Source of the DNA: an uncultured virus (IMG/VR IMGVR_UViG_3300007633_000001)
Lineage: Duplodnaviria > Heunggongvirae > Uroviricota > Caudoviricetes
Virus record (IMG/VR): IMGVR_UViG_3300007633_000001
Reading direction: 5' to 3' (one strand)
DNA: 64,000 nt
Shown here: one piece after another, positions 43,034-53,246 of the stretch
Numbering within the stretch: position 1 is the stretch's first letter
Layout of the letters: every line of letters starts with the position of its first letter
The notes under the pieces: model-generated
Seen by the model: only the letters and a program-made list of their open reading frames with translations
What the model was told of the DNA's origin: nothing
The model's database searches: none
Made by a program: the position numbers and the translations under genes

Positions 43034-43077
43034 AACGAGGCAGATCTTTATTAAACTGAATAAAGGTCTGCCTTGTT
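43034..43077 (+). terminator. About 19-bp stem-loop after hsp20
   Basis: AACGAGGCAGATCTTTATT / AATAAAGGTCTGCCTTGTT with G-U pairs on the + strand. Confidence 0.65.
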
Positions 43078-43133
43078 ATATATATTGATATTAAGATAGT
43101 CTATCAGAAAAGATGTAAATAAATTATAAATTA

Positions 43134-44891
43134 ATGAGTTCAAAGGATGGCAAAAGTATTAGTTCTAGGAAATGGGTATCAAGTTATAAAAAGCTTTTTC
43201 CCTGGTCTAATTATCAGACATCAGTATTTGACTGGATAGAAAAGTCTAACAAATACACTTTACTAAATTCTGTAAATAACGAAGATTTATTTATAGATTT
43301 AAAAGGACAAAGAGTAAGTAGATCTTTAGTTATCAGTTCAGTAGCTGGTAGTGGTAAAACTACAACTATATTAGGAATAGTAGGAGCTTTAAAAGGTTCA
43401 GCACATATAGTAGCTTTTAATGAACATATTGCAAAGAGACTCAAAACCGATTCTAGAATTCCTAAGTCAAGAGTTAAAGTTAGTACAGCCCATTCATTAG
43501 GGTTTTATTTAATAAGAAGAAGTTATGGTGGGCAAGAGTTTAAAGTCAATAACAGTAAATATCCACATATAATAGACTACGTCTACAAATCTTTAGGGAT
43601 TGACTTTGACTTAATAATTAAAAATAGATACCCATATTTAAATAAAGCCATTAGGAGTAAGAAGAAATATTACTTAAAGAAGTTTCTATTAGACATAGTT
43701 AATAAAAGTAGATTATGTTTGATAGAGCCTGAAGTAAACAATCTAAAAGCATTTATTGAAGACTTTGGAATACACAATCCTTTACCTAATGATGATGGAG
43801 ATATATTACTTTCTTACATATCTCATGTTTTAGAAGTTGGTAAAGATAAATTGATTACTGATCAAGAGATTGATTTTACTGACATGCTATGGATCCCTTA
43901 CATTAATAATATAGATCCAGTTACTATAAAGGATTATTTAATAGTGGATGAAGCACAGGATTTAAATCCATGTATGATTTCATTATTTTATAAGTATTAT
44001 CAAAAAGGTAGTATAACTATATTTACTGGGGATCCAAATCAAGCAATAAATGGTTTTATGGGTTCTGACTATACTTGTTGGAAAAGATTAAAAGAAGAAT
44101 TCAATTCAGATACTAAAGAACTTAATTATTGTTATAGATGTCCTAAGTCTCATTTAGAGATGGCTAGATTGTTAGTACCTAATATTGAATCACCAGAAGG
44201 TACAAAAGAAGGTATTATAAATATCCATTCGGTAGACGATATAAACACCTTAGTTAAACCCAAGGATCTAGTTTTATGTAGATTTAATGCTCCTATTGTA
44301 AGGTTATGTCTGAAGTTAATTGCTAGTAATAGAATAGGTGTTATAAGGGGTAAACAGATTTATAATACTCTAGTCAATCTTATAAACTTAACTACTAAAC
44401 CTAATTATGATTTAGATACTTCTGTAAAAGCTTTAGAGGATTATTACAATAATGAATCAAAGATACTAATTAGGGATGAAGAATATACAGCATTAGAAGA
44501 CTTAACAGACAAGTATAAGGCATTAAGTTATATTTATATCTATATAAACAATGAAGTAGATAAATCTAAAGTTAATTGTAATATAGCTTATATAAAAGAA
44601 TTCTTAAGTAATTTGTTTAATGGGGCACATAAAGAAAATGCAGTTATATTTTCAACCTTCCATTCTTCTAAAGGTGATGAAGCTAATAATACTTTTATTA
44701 TTGCCAATAGAAGTAGTTTTCCTTACCTTAATAAAGCCATTAAGCCTTGGATGGAAGAGCAGGAGTGGAATTTAGTCTATGTAGCACTTACTAGATCAAA
44801 ACACTCTATGACTTTTCTTTATGAGCCTAATGACTTTGGTAAGTCAATACCAAAATTAAATGATTTAATACCTTGGTTAACACTAAGCTAA
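43134..44891 (+). CDS. UvrD/Rep-family SF1 helicase
   Basis: VAGSGKTT, AFN, STAHSLG, IDFTDM, VDEAQD, GDPNQAI, YRCP, STFHSSKGDE, YVALTR. Confidence 0.93.
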   Translation: MSSKDGKSISSRKWVSSYKKLFPWSNYQTSVFDWIEKSNKYTLLNSVNNEDLFIDLKGQRVSRSLVISSVAGSGKTTTILGIVGALKGSAHIVAFNEHIAKRLKTDSRIPKSRVKVSTAHSLGFYLIRRSYGGQEFKVNNSKYPHIIDYVYKSLGIDFDLIIKNRYPYLNKAIRSKKKYYLKKFLLDIVNKSRLCLIEPEVNNLKAFIEDFGIHNPLPNDDGDILLSYISHVLEVGKDKLITDQEIDFTDMLWIPYINNIDPVTIKDYLIVDEAQDLNPCMISLFYKYYQKGSITIFTGDPNQAINGFMGSDYTCWKRLKEEFNSDTKELNYCYRCPKSHLEMARLLVPNIESPEGTKEGIINIHSVDDINTLVKPKDLVLCRFNAPIVRLCLKLIASNRIGVIRGKQIYNTLVNLINLTTKPNYDLDTSVKALEDYYNNESKILIRDEEYTALEDLTDKYKALSYIYIYINNEVDKSKVNCNIAYIKEFLSNLFNGAHKENAVIFSTFHSSKGDEANNTFIIANRSSFPYLNKAIKPWMEEQEWNLVYVALTRSKHSMTFLYEPNDFGKSIPKLNDLIPWLTLS

Positions 44892-45099
44892 ATAAAGTAT
44901 TTATATATATATGTTTATGTATAGAGATAATTTAAATCCTTTAATCAAATTTTATTACTCCTATTTATTTACTTCTTATCTTTGTTAAAGAGATATAATT
45001 AATTAGTAATATTATTAATCAATCTTCTTAATAATGATAAGAAGTAGTTCCCTACATTCTTAATTAACTTACAACAATCATTACCTTTTTTGACACATT

Positions 45100-45810
45100 A
45101 TGATTATTGAATTATTTCAAGATTTAATTAGTTCTTTTATAACTCTTAATAACGGGCAGCCAAATATAACTAATACACCATCGAGAAATGGTGCTCTGGT
45201 TACTCAATATAATGATTCTATAGGTTCTGAATCTTCGCCCTCTCTAGTTAATCCCGATACATCACCTGAGTCCCAAATAGCAGCTTTAACAAAAGAACAA
45301 GCAAATGATATATGGGATGAACAGTCACTTGAATTTTTATATAACTTTCAATCTACAGCCACCACCTGCGATTCTTTAGTGTATCAGCAAAAGATTGAAG
45401 ACGGTAATAGTCCTGAGACATCTTATGTAGTTTTATTTGCTCATGAGACATCATTGATTGGCGGTCCTTTAACCATACCAACCAGGCAGTATGAACTCGA
45501 ACCTAATGAGAAGTCTACTATTGACTATTTTAAAGAGGATGTTAGTAAGGCTAATGCTAAAATGGAAGAACTTAAAGAAGCTTATAGCAATATAAAAGAA
45601 TTTGATAATGCTCAAATATGTATTGATCCTTTCTCTGATCCTAATAATATCCCCAATTCTGACGGACTTATTACTCTTCAAGGTTACGTATTATCGTTAG
45701 AGAATACTGAAAGTAATCGAGCAATGTTAGAAGAGCTGGCTGATTTATTGTATAAACAACGAGAACAAGTCTATTTTATAAGACAAACTAATACTGAGGG
45801 GGTCGGTTAA
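45100..45810 (+). CDS. Hypothetical protein
   Basis: 236-aa ORF. Confidence 0.65.
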   Translation: MIIELFQDLISSFITLNNGQPNITNTPSRNGALVTQYNDSIGSESSPSLVNPDTSPESQIAALTKEQANDIWDEQSLEFLYNFQSTATTCDSLVYQQKIEDGNSPETSYVVLFAHETSLIGGPLTIPTRQYELEPNEKSTIDYFKEDVSKANAKMEELKEAYSNIKEFDNAQICIDPFSDPNNIPNSDGLITLQGYVLSLENTESNRAMLEELADLLYKQREQVYFIRQTNTEGVG

Positions 45811-45942
45811 TTTATGATATAAGAAGAAATTTGTAGTTAAGGGTAGATATGAAAATAATTAAAATATCTACCTTTGGCTTTTTATGAGTTTGTCAGAGAA
45901 GTAGAGAATGATAAAGGTAAAAGAGAGAGAGAGGTAAAAGGA

Positions 45943-46401
45943 ATGGTTGAATACATAAAAGGCAACTTATTTCATCATATACATGAAGATTGTTCTTTAA
46001 TTTTATTCAGTGCGAATTCAGTTATTAATTCTTATAAAAACGAATTAGTGATGGGTGCTGGTATTGCTAAAGCTTTTAAAAATAGATGGCCTTCTCTACC
46101 GGGTAATTTAGCCTATAAAGTAAAACATTTAAGTTTATATGGTTTAGCTATAAGTGACATCACTATCAATGAAGGTAAAACAAAGTTAGGAGCTTTTCAA
46201 AGTAAAATTCACTATCGAGATGATTCTTCAATTGAGATATTGAAATATTCGGTAGATAAACTTAAAGATTATTGTGATTCAAATCCTAGGAATAGAGTTT
46301 TAATGAATATGCCTGCTATAGGATTTGGTAATTTATCTTTTGAAGTAGTCAAGAGAATAACAAATGAGTTGTCTAGCCAGGTAATTATTTACCATTACTA
46401 A
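45943..46401 (+). CDS. Macro-domain protein (Poa1p/DarG-like ADP-ribose-processing)
   Basis: YIKGNLF, SAN, VMGAGIAKAFK, MPAIGFGNL; start moved to ATG 45943. Confidence 0.85.
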   Translation: MVEYIKGNLFHHIHEDCSLILFSANSVINSYKNELVMGAGIAKAFKNRWPSLPGNLAYKVKHLSLYGLAISDITINEGKTKLGAFQSKIHYRDDSSIEILKYSVDKLKDYCDSNPRNRVLMNMPAIGFGNLSFEVVKRITNELSSQVIIYHY

Positions 46402-46402
46402 T

Positions 46403-46618
46403 ATGCCAATGCCTGTGAATAAATCAAAGATTGGTCTTAAAACTCGTTTACTTAAATTCTATAATAAAGTCTTAAGATCTATAGCCTTACTTACTATACT
46501 TGTTTATCTTTTCTATCCTGAGATTTTAGTTATGGTTTTAGATAGAGCTATGCAAATAAGATCTGATGCTTTTAAATATATTGGTAATAGAATACAGCTA
46601 ATTAATCTTCTCTTCTAG
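46403..46618 (+). CDS. Small membrane protein
   Basis: 71 aa, one hydrophobic segment. Confidence 0.5.
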   Translation: MPMPVNKSKIGLKTRLLKFYNKVLRSIALLTILVYLFYPEILVMVLDRAMQIRSDAFKYIGNRIQLINLLF

Positions 46619-46680
46619 ATTATTTATTTTATATATCTACATTGAACTAAACATAAGTATAGTAAGGGTATTGACAGTAT

Positions 46681-47451
46681 ATGAGTATTGAACGTTTAGG
46701 AAATAGGATGAAAGTATATGAGAGTACAGATAAATTTATACCTTTCCTGCCTATAATAGTACGATTAGACGGACGTTGTTTTCATAGGTTTACTAAAGGT
46801 CTTGAGAAGCCTTATAGTAAAGCGTTTATAAAAAGTATGGCTGAAGTCACTAAGGCTTTAGTTAATGAGACTAATGCAAAACTTGGCTATACACAGTCCG
46901 ATGAGATTAGTCTGTTAATACAAGAACAGGAAGTTAATAAACAAGTTTACTTTGATGGTAAAAAACAGAAGATAATTAGTGTATTAGCTTCTTTATGTAC
47001 CGATAAGTTTAGACAAGCTAGATTAAATAATTTGCCAGGATTTAAAACAGAATGTAGTGCTTTATTTGATTGTAGAGCTTTTAATCTTCCTAATACCAAT
47101 GAAGTTATTAATTACTTTACTTGGAGAGAACTTGATGCGACTAAGAATGCTCTATCTTCAGCAGCTCGTCAGGTAGCTAATTATATAGAACTTCACGGTA
47201 AAGATAAAACATTCCAGCATGAATTACTAATGAGGAATGGAATAAACTTTAACAATTATCCAGCTTATTTTAAAAGAGGAATATATATCAAACGTATTAC
47301 TGAGTATAGGGAATTGACTGAAAATGAGATGGAAAATATTCCTTATGAGTACCAACCTCAAGGTCCAGTTGAGAGGCGTTCTATTAAATACTTAAGAGTA
47401 CCTCCTATAAATAAATTAACTTTAAGGCAACAAAAGAGACTTATTAGTTAA
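46681..47451 (+). CDS. tRNA(His) guanylyltransferase Thg1-like 3'-5' polymerase
   Basis: RMKVYE, VRLDGRCFHRFT, YTQSDEISL, FDGKKQK, FDCR, YFTWRELDA, FKRG. Confidence 0.95.
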   Translation: MSIERLGNRMKVYESTDKFIPFLPIIVRLDGRCFHRFTKGLEKPYSKAFIKSMAEVTKALVNETNAKLGYTQSDEISLLIQEQEVNKQVYFDGKKQKIISVLASLCTDKFRQARLNNLPGFKTECSALFDCRAFNLPNTNEVINYFTWRELDATKNALSSAARQVANYIELHGKDKTFQHELLMRNGINFNNYPAYFKRGIYIKRITEYRELTENEMENIPYEYQPQGPVERRSIKYLRVPPINKLTLRQQKRLIS

Positions 47452-47520
47452 TTACATAATTACTCTTAGATATACAAAACCATAACTAATATAAAAAGAA
47501 GTTTATAAATAAAGAGAGGA

Positions 47521-48201
47521 ATGATGGCTAATATAGAAGATTTAATGGGTTCAGAATGGTATGACTTACTTAGCCCTTTCTTTAAGGAAAATACAGATTT
47601 ATTAGAGAGAGTATCTAAAGAATATAGGGATAATAAAGGAATTATTTATCCCCCTTTCAATTTAATATTCAATGCATATAGATTAACTCCTTTTTCTAAA
47701 GTAAAAGTTATTATTTTAGGACAAGATCCTTATCATACTCCTAATGCGGCAATGGGTTTAGCTTTTAGTACTTCTAATAAATTTGTTCCTCCTTCTTTAA
47801 AGAATATTTATAAAGAATTACATAATGAAGGAATAACTCCTATGAAGGAAGATGGAGACTTAGTTTATTGGGCAGAGCAAGGAGTATTTTTAATCAATGC
47901 TTGCCTAACAGTAAGGAGAGGAATTGCTAATTCTCATAAAGATATAGGATGGGATAAATTAATTAAAAAGACTTTAGAGTTATTATTCAATAGAGGAGAG
48001 CTAGTATGTTTATGCTGGGGAAACTTCAGTAAGAACTTAGTTAATGAAATATCAGAACCACGTACTACTAATAACATGTTAATACTACAATCATCGCATC
48101 CTTCCCCCTATAGTGCTGATAAAGGTTTCTTTGGTAATAATCATTTTATACAAACCAATGATTATCTTAAGAGTATAGATAAAGAACCTATACAATGGTA
48201 G
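47521..48201 (+). CDS. ung: Uracil-DNA glycosylase family 1
   Basis: KVIILGQDPYH, AMGLAFS, PPSLKNIYKEL, WAEQGV, HPSP, PIQW. Confidence 0.97.
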   Translation: MMANIEDLMGSEWYDLLSPFFKENTDLLERVSKEYRDNKGIIYPPFNLIFNAYRLTPFSKVKVIILGQDPYHTPNAAMGLAFSTSNKFVPPSLKNIYKELHNEGITPMKEDGDLVYWAEQGVFLINACLTVRRGIANSHKDIGWDKLIKKTLELLFNRGELVCLCWGNFSKNLVNEISEPRTTNNMLILQSSHPSPYSADKGFFGNNHFIQTNDYLKSIDKEPIQW

Positions 48202-48447
48202 TTGTTATTTATTTCTTTAGGTATTATGCTAGCTTTAATATATGATTTAGTTGACAATGAAGAATGGTGTTTCTTAGAAATATCGGAATGCAATGAATCG
48301 ACTAAAACAAATGCCTCTAAATTCTTTTATAACTTAGCCAAGGCTAAAATAGGTGAAGGTTATGTATTACTACAAGATTCCCAACTATTCATAAAGAAAG
48401 AGGCGGTAGGTATTTTTATGACTTTAATAAAAGACTCTTGCAATTAG
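48202..48447 (+). CDS. Hypothetical protein
   Basis: Up to 81 aa; start uncertain. Confidence 0.45.
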   Translation: MLFISLGIMLALIYDLVDNEEWCFLEISECNESTKTNASKFFYNLAKAKIGEGYVLLQDSQLFIKKEAVGIFMTLIKDSCN

Positions 48448-48459
48448 AGACATATTAAA

Positions 48460-51243
48460 TTAGGTGACTGTAATATTATTAGGAATTAAATATTTAGAAG
48501 ATAGGTATCTAGTGTAAATAGGATCTGTAGATATTCCTTCTAATAATATGAAGTCGCCTAATAAGAACTCTGCATTACTTAAAGCTAAAGGTAACTTACC
48601 AAACTTTATACTATTAATTTCATTAATTGGATAATCCAACAAATTATTTGTATGATTCCCTATAAGATTATGATTAGCATACACTTCTGTTCCATTAGCT
48701 GTATCAGCTTTTATTTCTATTAGATAATCTGTATTAGGTGTCATTACTAGGGAAGTAGTAAGTCTTTTGTTTTCTTGGTCTATACAGAGATTATAGTTTT
48801 GATCTATAGCTAAATCTGCTAAATTATTTATTCCTAATATATGTCCTTGACCACTAAGATATTTTATTACCAGAAATAAATGTCTTTCTCTATTAGGGAT
48901 ATTAGATTTTAGTATTAGAGTATTACCAGGATCGATTCTTAAAGTACTCAAATTATTAATTCTATCTCCGGTACTATAAGTACTATTTCCCTTTAAAGGA
49001 TGAGAGCTTTGGCTATGATCATTAACATTGTCTACCACTTGTGAGTTTGATAAAACACCTTTATATCTATTAGGACTTACATGAATAGAGGTACTAGTTG
49101 GTAATATATTATTCAAAGGATTAATTCCAGTAGCACTACCATAACTTACATTTATGCTATATGTACCAGTAACTGGAGTAGTATCTTTAATAATTATTAA
49201 AGTTTCAGTAGAAGGGAAAGGATTTTCTATAAAGTAATCTAAAACAGCCCCTCCCTTTTCAAAAAATACTAAAGGATTATTTTGATTTAATATACCGTTA
49301 TCGACCATAGTTTGTGTATCTATAGTTAAAGGTATAAGTAGTTCTGTATCACTACCTGTATAATCTACTGTAATAGTTGAAGTGGGACCTGCTGCAATAA
49401 CTTCTCCTTCTATATCAAATGTAAAAGGATTTTCATCTATGTCATTACTTGATATTGATATTGTGCTACTGTAGACTCCAACAGTACTAGTATCAAAAGT
49501 TACTGTTAATATAGTTTCATCAAGAGGAGTTATTGATAGATTAGTTGTATTTATACTAAAGGCAGTAGAGGATATACTAATGTTTGATATACCTAAAGTA
49601 GCTGTTCCTACATTTTTTATTACTATTTCTGCAGTAGTATTAATGCCTTGAACTATAGTTCCAAAATCAAGAGAATAGTTAGTACCACTAACAATATTGA
49701 TTCTATTACTAGGATCTCTATTATCTAATACTTCTATCTCAGGATGAACAGTTTCGTATTCATAGGCGCCTACATCCGGAGCATTTTGTATATTAACATT
49801 TCTACTATCAGTAGTTCTTCCACTTACAGGATTACCATAGTCAATAGCTGGACTAGTAGGTAATAGGGCATGAGTTAATATATCCCCACCATTAGAGGCT
49901 AATGTGTCTAATTCTGGATCGACTACATAAGCTGTAGCTGTAACATAAACATCTTGAGGATCGAAGGGATGTTTGTCGGGATATTGAATATTCTTACCTC
50001 CATCCGCTAATTGGCTTGTGTTATTATGTTTTACATTCCAAGTATTACCACCATTATTAGCTTCATTAAAAGCAACTATAGAATTAGTAAGAGTAGTACT
50101 GCTATTACCTTCGTATATACCTCCGCCTTGCCAGCCCACTTTATTATAAGCAATAGTACAATTTGTTATATTTTTACTAGTAGTATTATTATCTAGAAAT
50201 ATACCTCCACCTAAACCATTAGTATTTGCAGTATCTCTTCTAGCGATATTATTGGAGATAGTACAGTAGATTAAGTCCATAGTACTATTCCCTCCTTTAA
50301 AAATACCACCACCACTTTCATAGGCTCTATTGTTAGTAAATGAAGAATCTTTAATTAGATAGTGGGCTCCATCTCCACCTATTCTCAATCCACCACCTAA
50401 ACCTTGATTTAAAGTATCATTCTCAGCAATATTATTTCTGACATCACATCTATCAAATACTGCTGTTTCTCCAGAGTATAAAAATATAAATATTCCTGCA
50501 CCCTGACCAGCACATATATTCCCTTCAAAATAAGAATTGTTTACTGAGATTTGACCTCCATTAGCACCATCAAAGTAAAGACCTGCTCCATAACCTTTTG
50601 TAGGTCCTGTAAATGTACCACCTAAAGTTGTATCGTTATTTATAAATTTACAATTTTCTATAGTAGTATTAGCTAATACACTATGAATACCACCTCCATT
50701 AATTCCTCTATTATTAGTGAATATAGAGTTAGTTACAGTGGGATTAGTCGTACTTTCTCTTATATATAAACCACCACTAGACTGTTCCTTAGAGCCGTCT
50801 TCAGAAACATTATTGTCGAATAAACATTGATCAATCAGTAATTTATTTCTCCAAGAAGAACAAACACCACCCCCTCCTTGATAAGCATAGTTATTTCTAA
50901 ACTCACAATTTGAGATAGTAATATCACTGTCTTCATCAGCATGATAAGCACCACCGGCAGTGGGAGTATAACCATTATTAAATATAAGTCCTTCTAAACT
51001 AATAGTTAAATTAGGATTACTATAAAGTATTCTACTATTATTCATGCCATCCAAAGTAATATCCTTATTAGCACGTATAGTTAAATGTTTATCTATAACT
51101 ACTTCACCACTTGTTAGATAAACTGTAGAATTACTTATAGAAGAATCAAATTCTATAATATCTCCACTTGTTGCTGCACTTACTCTTTCTCTAAAAGAAT
51201 TCGCTCCTGAATCGTTTATGTTAGTTACCGTTAATATAGCCAT
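48460..51243 (-). CDS. Beta-helix (choice-of-anchor Q-like) plus Ig-like protein; probable virion fibre/spike
   Basis: VTNINDSG start, repeated F-x-N-N...GGG (Pmp-like), THALLPTSPAID...DVGAYE, one DFG...N-x-G...SND Ig repeat, C-terminal beta-rich domain. Confidence 0.7.
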   Translation of the reverse strand: MAILTVTNINDSGANSFRERVSAATSGDIIEFDSSISNSTVYLTSGEVVIDKHLTIRANKDITLDGMNNSRILYSNPNLTISLEGLIFNNGYTPTAGGAYHADEDSDITISNCEFRNNYAYQGGGGVCSSWRNKLLIDQCLFDNNVSEDGSKEQSSGGLYIRESTTNPTVTNSIFTNNRGINGGGIHSVLANTTIENCKFINNDTTLGGTFTGPTKGYGAGLYFDGANGGQISVNNSYFEGNICAGQGAGIFIFLYSGETAVFDRCDVRNNIAENDTLNQGLGGGLRIGGDGAHYLIKDSSFTNNRAYESGGGIFKGGNSTMDLIYCTISNNIARRDTANTNGLGGGIFLDNNTTSKNITNCTIAYNKVGWQGGGIYEGNSSTTLTNSIVAFNEANNGGNTWNVKHNNTSQLADGGKNIQYPDKHPFDPQDVYVTATAYVVDPELDTLASNGGDILTHALLPTSPAIDYGNPVSGRTTDSRNVNIQNAPDVGAYEYETVHPEIEVLDNRDPSNRINIVSGTNYSLDFGTIVQGINTTAEIVIKNVGTATLGISNISISSTAFSINTTNLSITPLDETILTVTFDTSTVGVYSSTISISSNDIDENPFTFDIEGEVIAAGPTSTITVDYTGSDTELLIPLTIDTQTMVDNGILNQNNPLVFFEKGGAVLDYFIENPFPSTETLIIIKDTTPVTGTYSINVSYGSATGINPLNNILPTSTSIHVSPNRYKGVLSNSQVVDNVNDHSQSSHPLKGNSTYSTGDRINNLSTLRIDPGNTLILKSNIPNRERHLFLVIKYLSGQGHILGINNLADLAIDQNYNLCIDQENKRLTTSLVMTPNTDYLIEIKADTANGTEVYANHNLIGNHTNNLLDYPINEINSIKFGKLPLALSNAEFLLGDFILLEGISTDPIYTRYLSSKYLIPNNITVT

Positions 51244-51303
51244 ATAATATTTGTCTTTCTAAATAGGTATATATTATTTAAATAAATTATTTAAATAAAT
51301 TAA

Positions 51304-52071
51304 TTAATAATTCCAAATAGCTTTCGATTGACCAAACTCATTTCTACAATCGCTATGTACAAAGCCTCTTCTACTTCCTTTTCCTAGTCCTCCAGGCCAC
51401 CAATTAAGCATATCTCTTTGTACTTTAAAAAGGTTTTCTCCTATTACATAAAAGTCAAAAGCATGGCCTTCTAAATGTTTACTTCTAGAAGCACCACCAA
51501 CCGCACGATTAACTGCAGGTGGTCTGTACCATGAGGTTATAAAGATAGGTTTATCACCGTATCGGGTTCTAATCGTTTCTAATTTATTAGCAGCTAATAT
51601 TATATTTTTAGTAATATTAGAGCTAATAGGAACTCTACTACAATTTTTAGTAGCTTCAGCCCAAGTAAAATGTCCGTTGGCGACTATTAACTCATTAGCA
51701 TATACTAGTCCTTTTCCAGGTACCTGCATAGTTTTACCAGATTTAGTGCCCCAATTAGCCTGAATCTTTTTGACTTCTTCCGCTAATACAACTTCATCAA
51801 CCTTTACTTGTTGTTCTTCAATAAGCGGATGATGACTGATATCTATTTCTATACCAGGTATTTTTATATGATCTCCGAATAACCACCATTCTTTTAAATT
51901 GTCTTTTAATGGAGTTTCAAAAGACACTTTCAAATGTCTATTATCTATATCTTCTATAGACTCGATTCTGTATTTGTTTACTTTTAAAGCTATCTTGTCT
52001 TTCTCTTCTAACTGTGTGGAGTCTTTTGTACTCTGCTTTGCTACTGTATTTCTAATTACTTGTAATTCCAT
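51304..52071 (-). CDS. Peptidase M15A endolysin
   Basis: HFTWAEAT, ITSWYRPPAVNRAVGGASRSKHLEGHAFDF, FVHSD. Confidence 0.9.
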   Translation of the reverse strand: MELQVIRNTVAKQSTKDSTQLEEKDKIALKVNKYRIESIEDIDNRHLKVSFETPLKDNLKEWWLFGDHIKIPGIEIDISHHPLIEEQQVKVDEVVLAEEVKKIQANWGTKSGKTMQVPGKGLVYANELIVANGHFTWAEATKNCSRVPISSNITKNIILAANKLETIRTRYGDKPIFITSWYRPPAVNRAVGGASRSKHLEGHAFDFYVIGENLFKVQRDMLNWWPGGLGKGSRRGFVHSDCRNEFGQSKAIWNY

Positions 52072-52178
52072 GGATCTAATACTTATTAGAATAGACTGTT
52101 ATATATGAATGCCTACTGCTTATAAAATATAAAAGTTTAATAATTTATATAGGTAAGCATAATATTAAATAAATTATA

Positions 52179-52664
52179 ATGGCTCAAAGAAAGCACATAC
52201 TTAGTTCAACAACAATTCTATCGGCCTTGATAAGTCTTCTTATACAAGTAAGTGAATCTGTTTTTCCTGTATTGTTAGGTGAAAAGGAACTGACGTCAGA
52301 AGAGTTAGTCTCTTTAGTTAGTGCTGTCGGTACTTCGACAATAGTAATTGTAGGAAGGTTTAATGCTAAACAACCTTTATATACTAATAAATTTTTACCT
52401 GGTCCTAATAAAGAGGATTTATCAGAAGCTATTGAATTATTACCATCTTTTGAACCCAATCAAACTCATTCAGAGAATATAGACTCTATAAAGGAAGAAG
52501 TAGATAGTATAAAAAATACAGCTAATAACGTCAGTCAAGAATTCACTCAATTGATAGAGGCAAATAAGAAACCTGATTTACATGTTGTTTCTTCTACTGA
52601 TTCTAGTGAAGAACTTGGATATACGGATAGGCAAGAGAATAAGAAAGGTATTATAAATGTGTAA
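52179..52664 (+). CDS. Holin-like membrane protein
   Basis: Two N-terminal hydrophobic segments ending GRFNA, hydrophilic tail; lies between two endolysins. Confidence 0.6.
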   Translation: MAQRKHILSSTTILSALISLLIQVSESVFPVLLGEKELTSEELVSLVSAVGTSTIVIVGRFNAKQPLYTNKFLPGPNKEDLSEAIELLPSFEPNQTHSENIDSIKEEVDSIKNTANNVSQEFTQLIEANKKPDLHVVSSTDSSEELGYTDRQENKKGIINV

Positions 52665-52752
52665 CCAGGCTTTATCTAGATTAGTGATTTTATAAAAGAC
52701 TAAAGATTTATTGATTATTAACAACTTTTCATTCAAAGGAATTAAATAGATA

Positions 52753-53151
52753 ATGCAAGATAATAACAAAGTTACGGTACTTACTTCTAAGGAAGTTCAA
52801 ATTGAAGGTTCTCCTAAAGAAGTAGTTAAGGTATTAAAAGATATTGGTGAATCGCAATTAGCCAAGACTTTAGAACCACTTTATTACAGTGAGTCAACTG
52901 GAGAATATTTGCTGATATCTGAAATGGCTACTCCACACATTAAGAATGCTGCTAGAAAGAAACTATATAGCCTGGTTCAAAGTTTCGATGGTTGGAATAA
53001 GTTAATTAATTCTAAAGAGTTTTTAAACACTTTATTATCGTTTTTATATACATATAAAAAGGAAGATAAAGAGTTTAATAACACCGTAATATCTGAATCT
53101 TTGATTTCATTGATTGACTTACTAGATGAGTTAAAGTATAGAATGCTATAA
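52753..53151 (+). CDS. Hypothetical protein
   Basis: 132-aa ORF; YYSES-x-G...ISEMATPHIKNA motif. Confidence 0.65.
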   Translation: MQDNNKVTVLTSKEVQIEGSPKEVVKVLKDIGESQLAKTLEPLYYSESTGEYLLISEMATPHIKNAARKKLYSLVQSFDGWNKLINSKEFLNTLLSFLYTYKKEDKEFNNTVISESLISLIDLLDELKYRML

Positions 53152-53180
53152 TATTAATTGATGTTGTACAATAATTAGTA

Positions 53181-53212
53181 CTATTTATCTATTTATCTAT
53201 TTATCTATTTAT
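53181..53212 (+). repeat. (CTATTTAT)x4 tandem repeat
   Basis: Read directly; intergenic upstream of the amidase. Confidence 0.8.
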
Positions 53213-53246
53213 TTATATACTAATTTCTTTACTCTATTTAACATAT

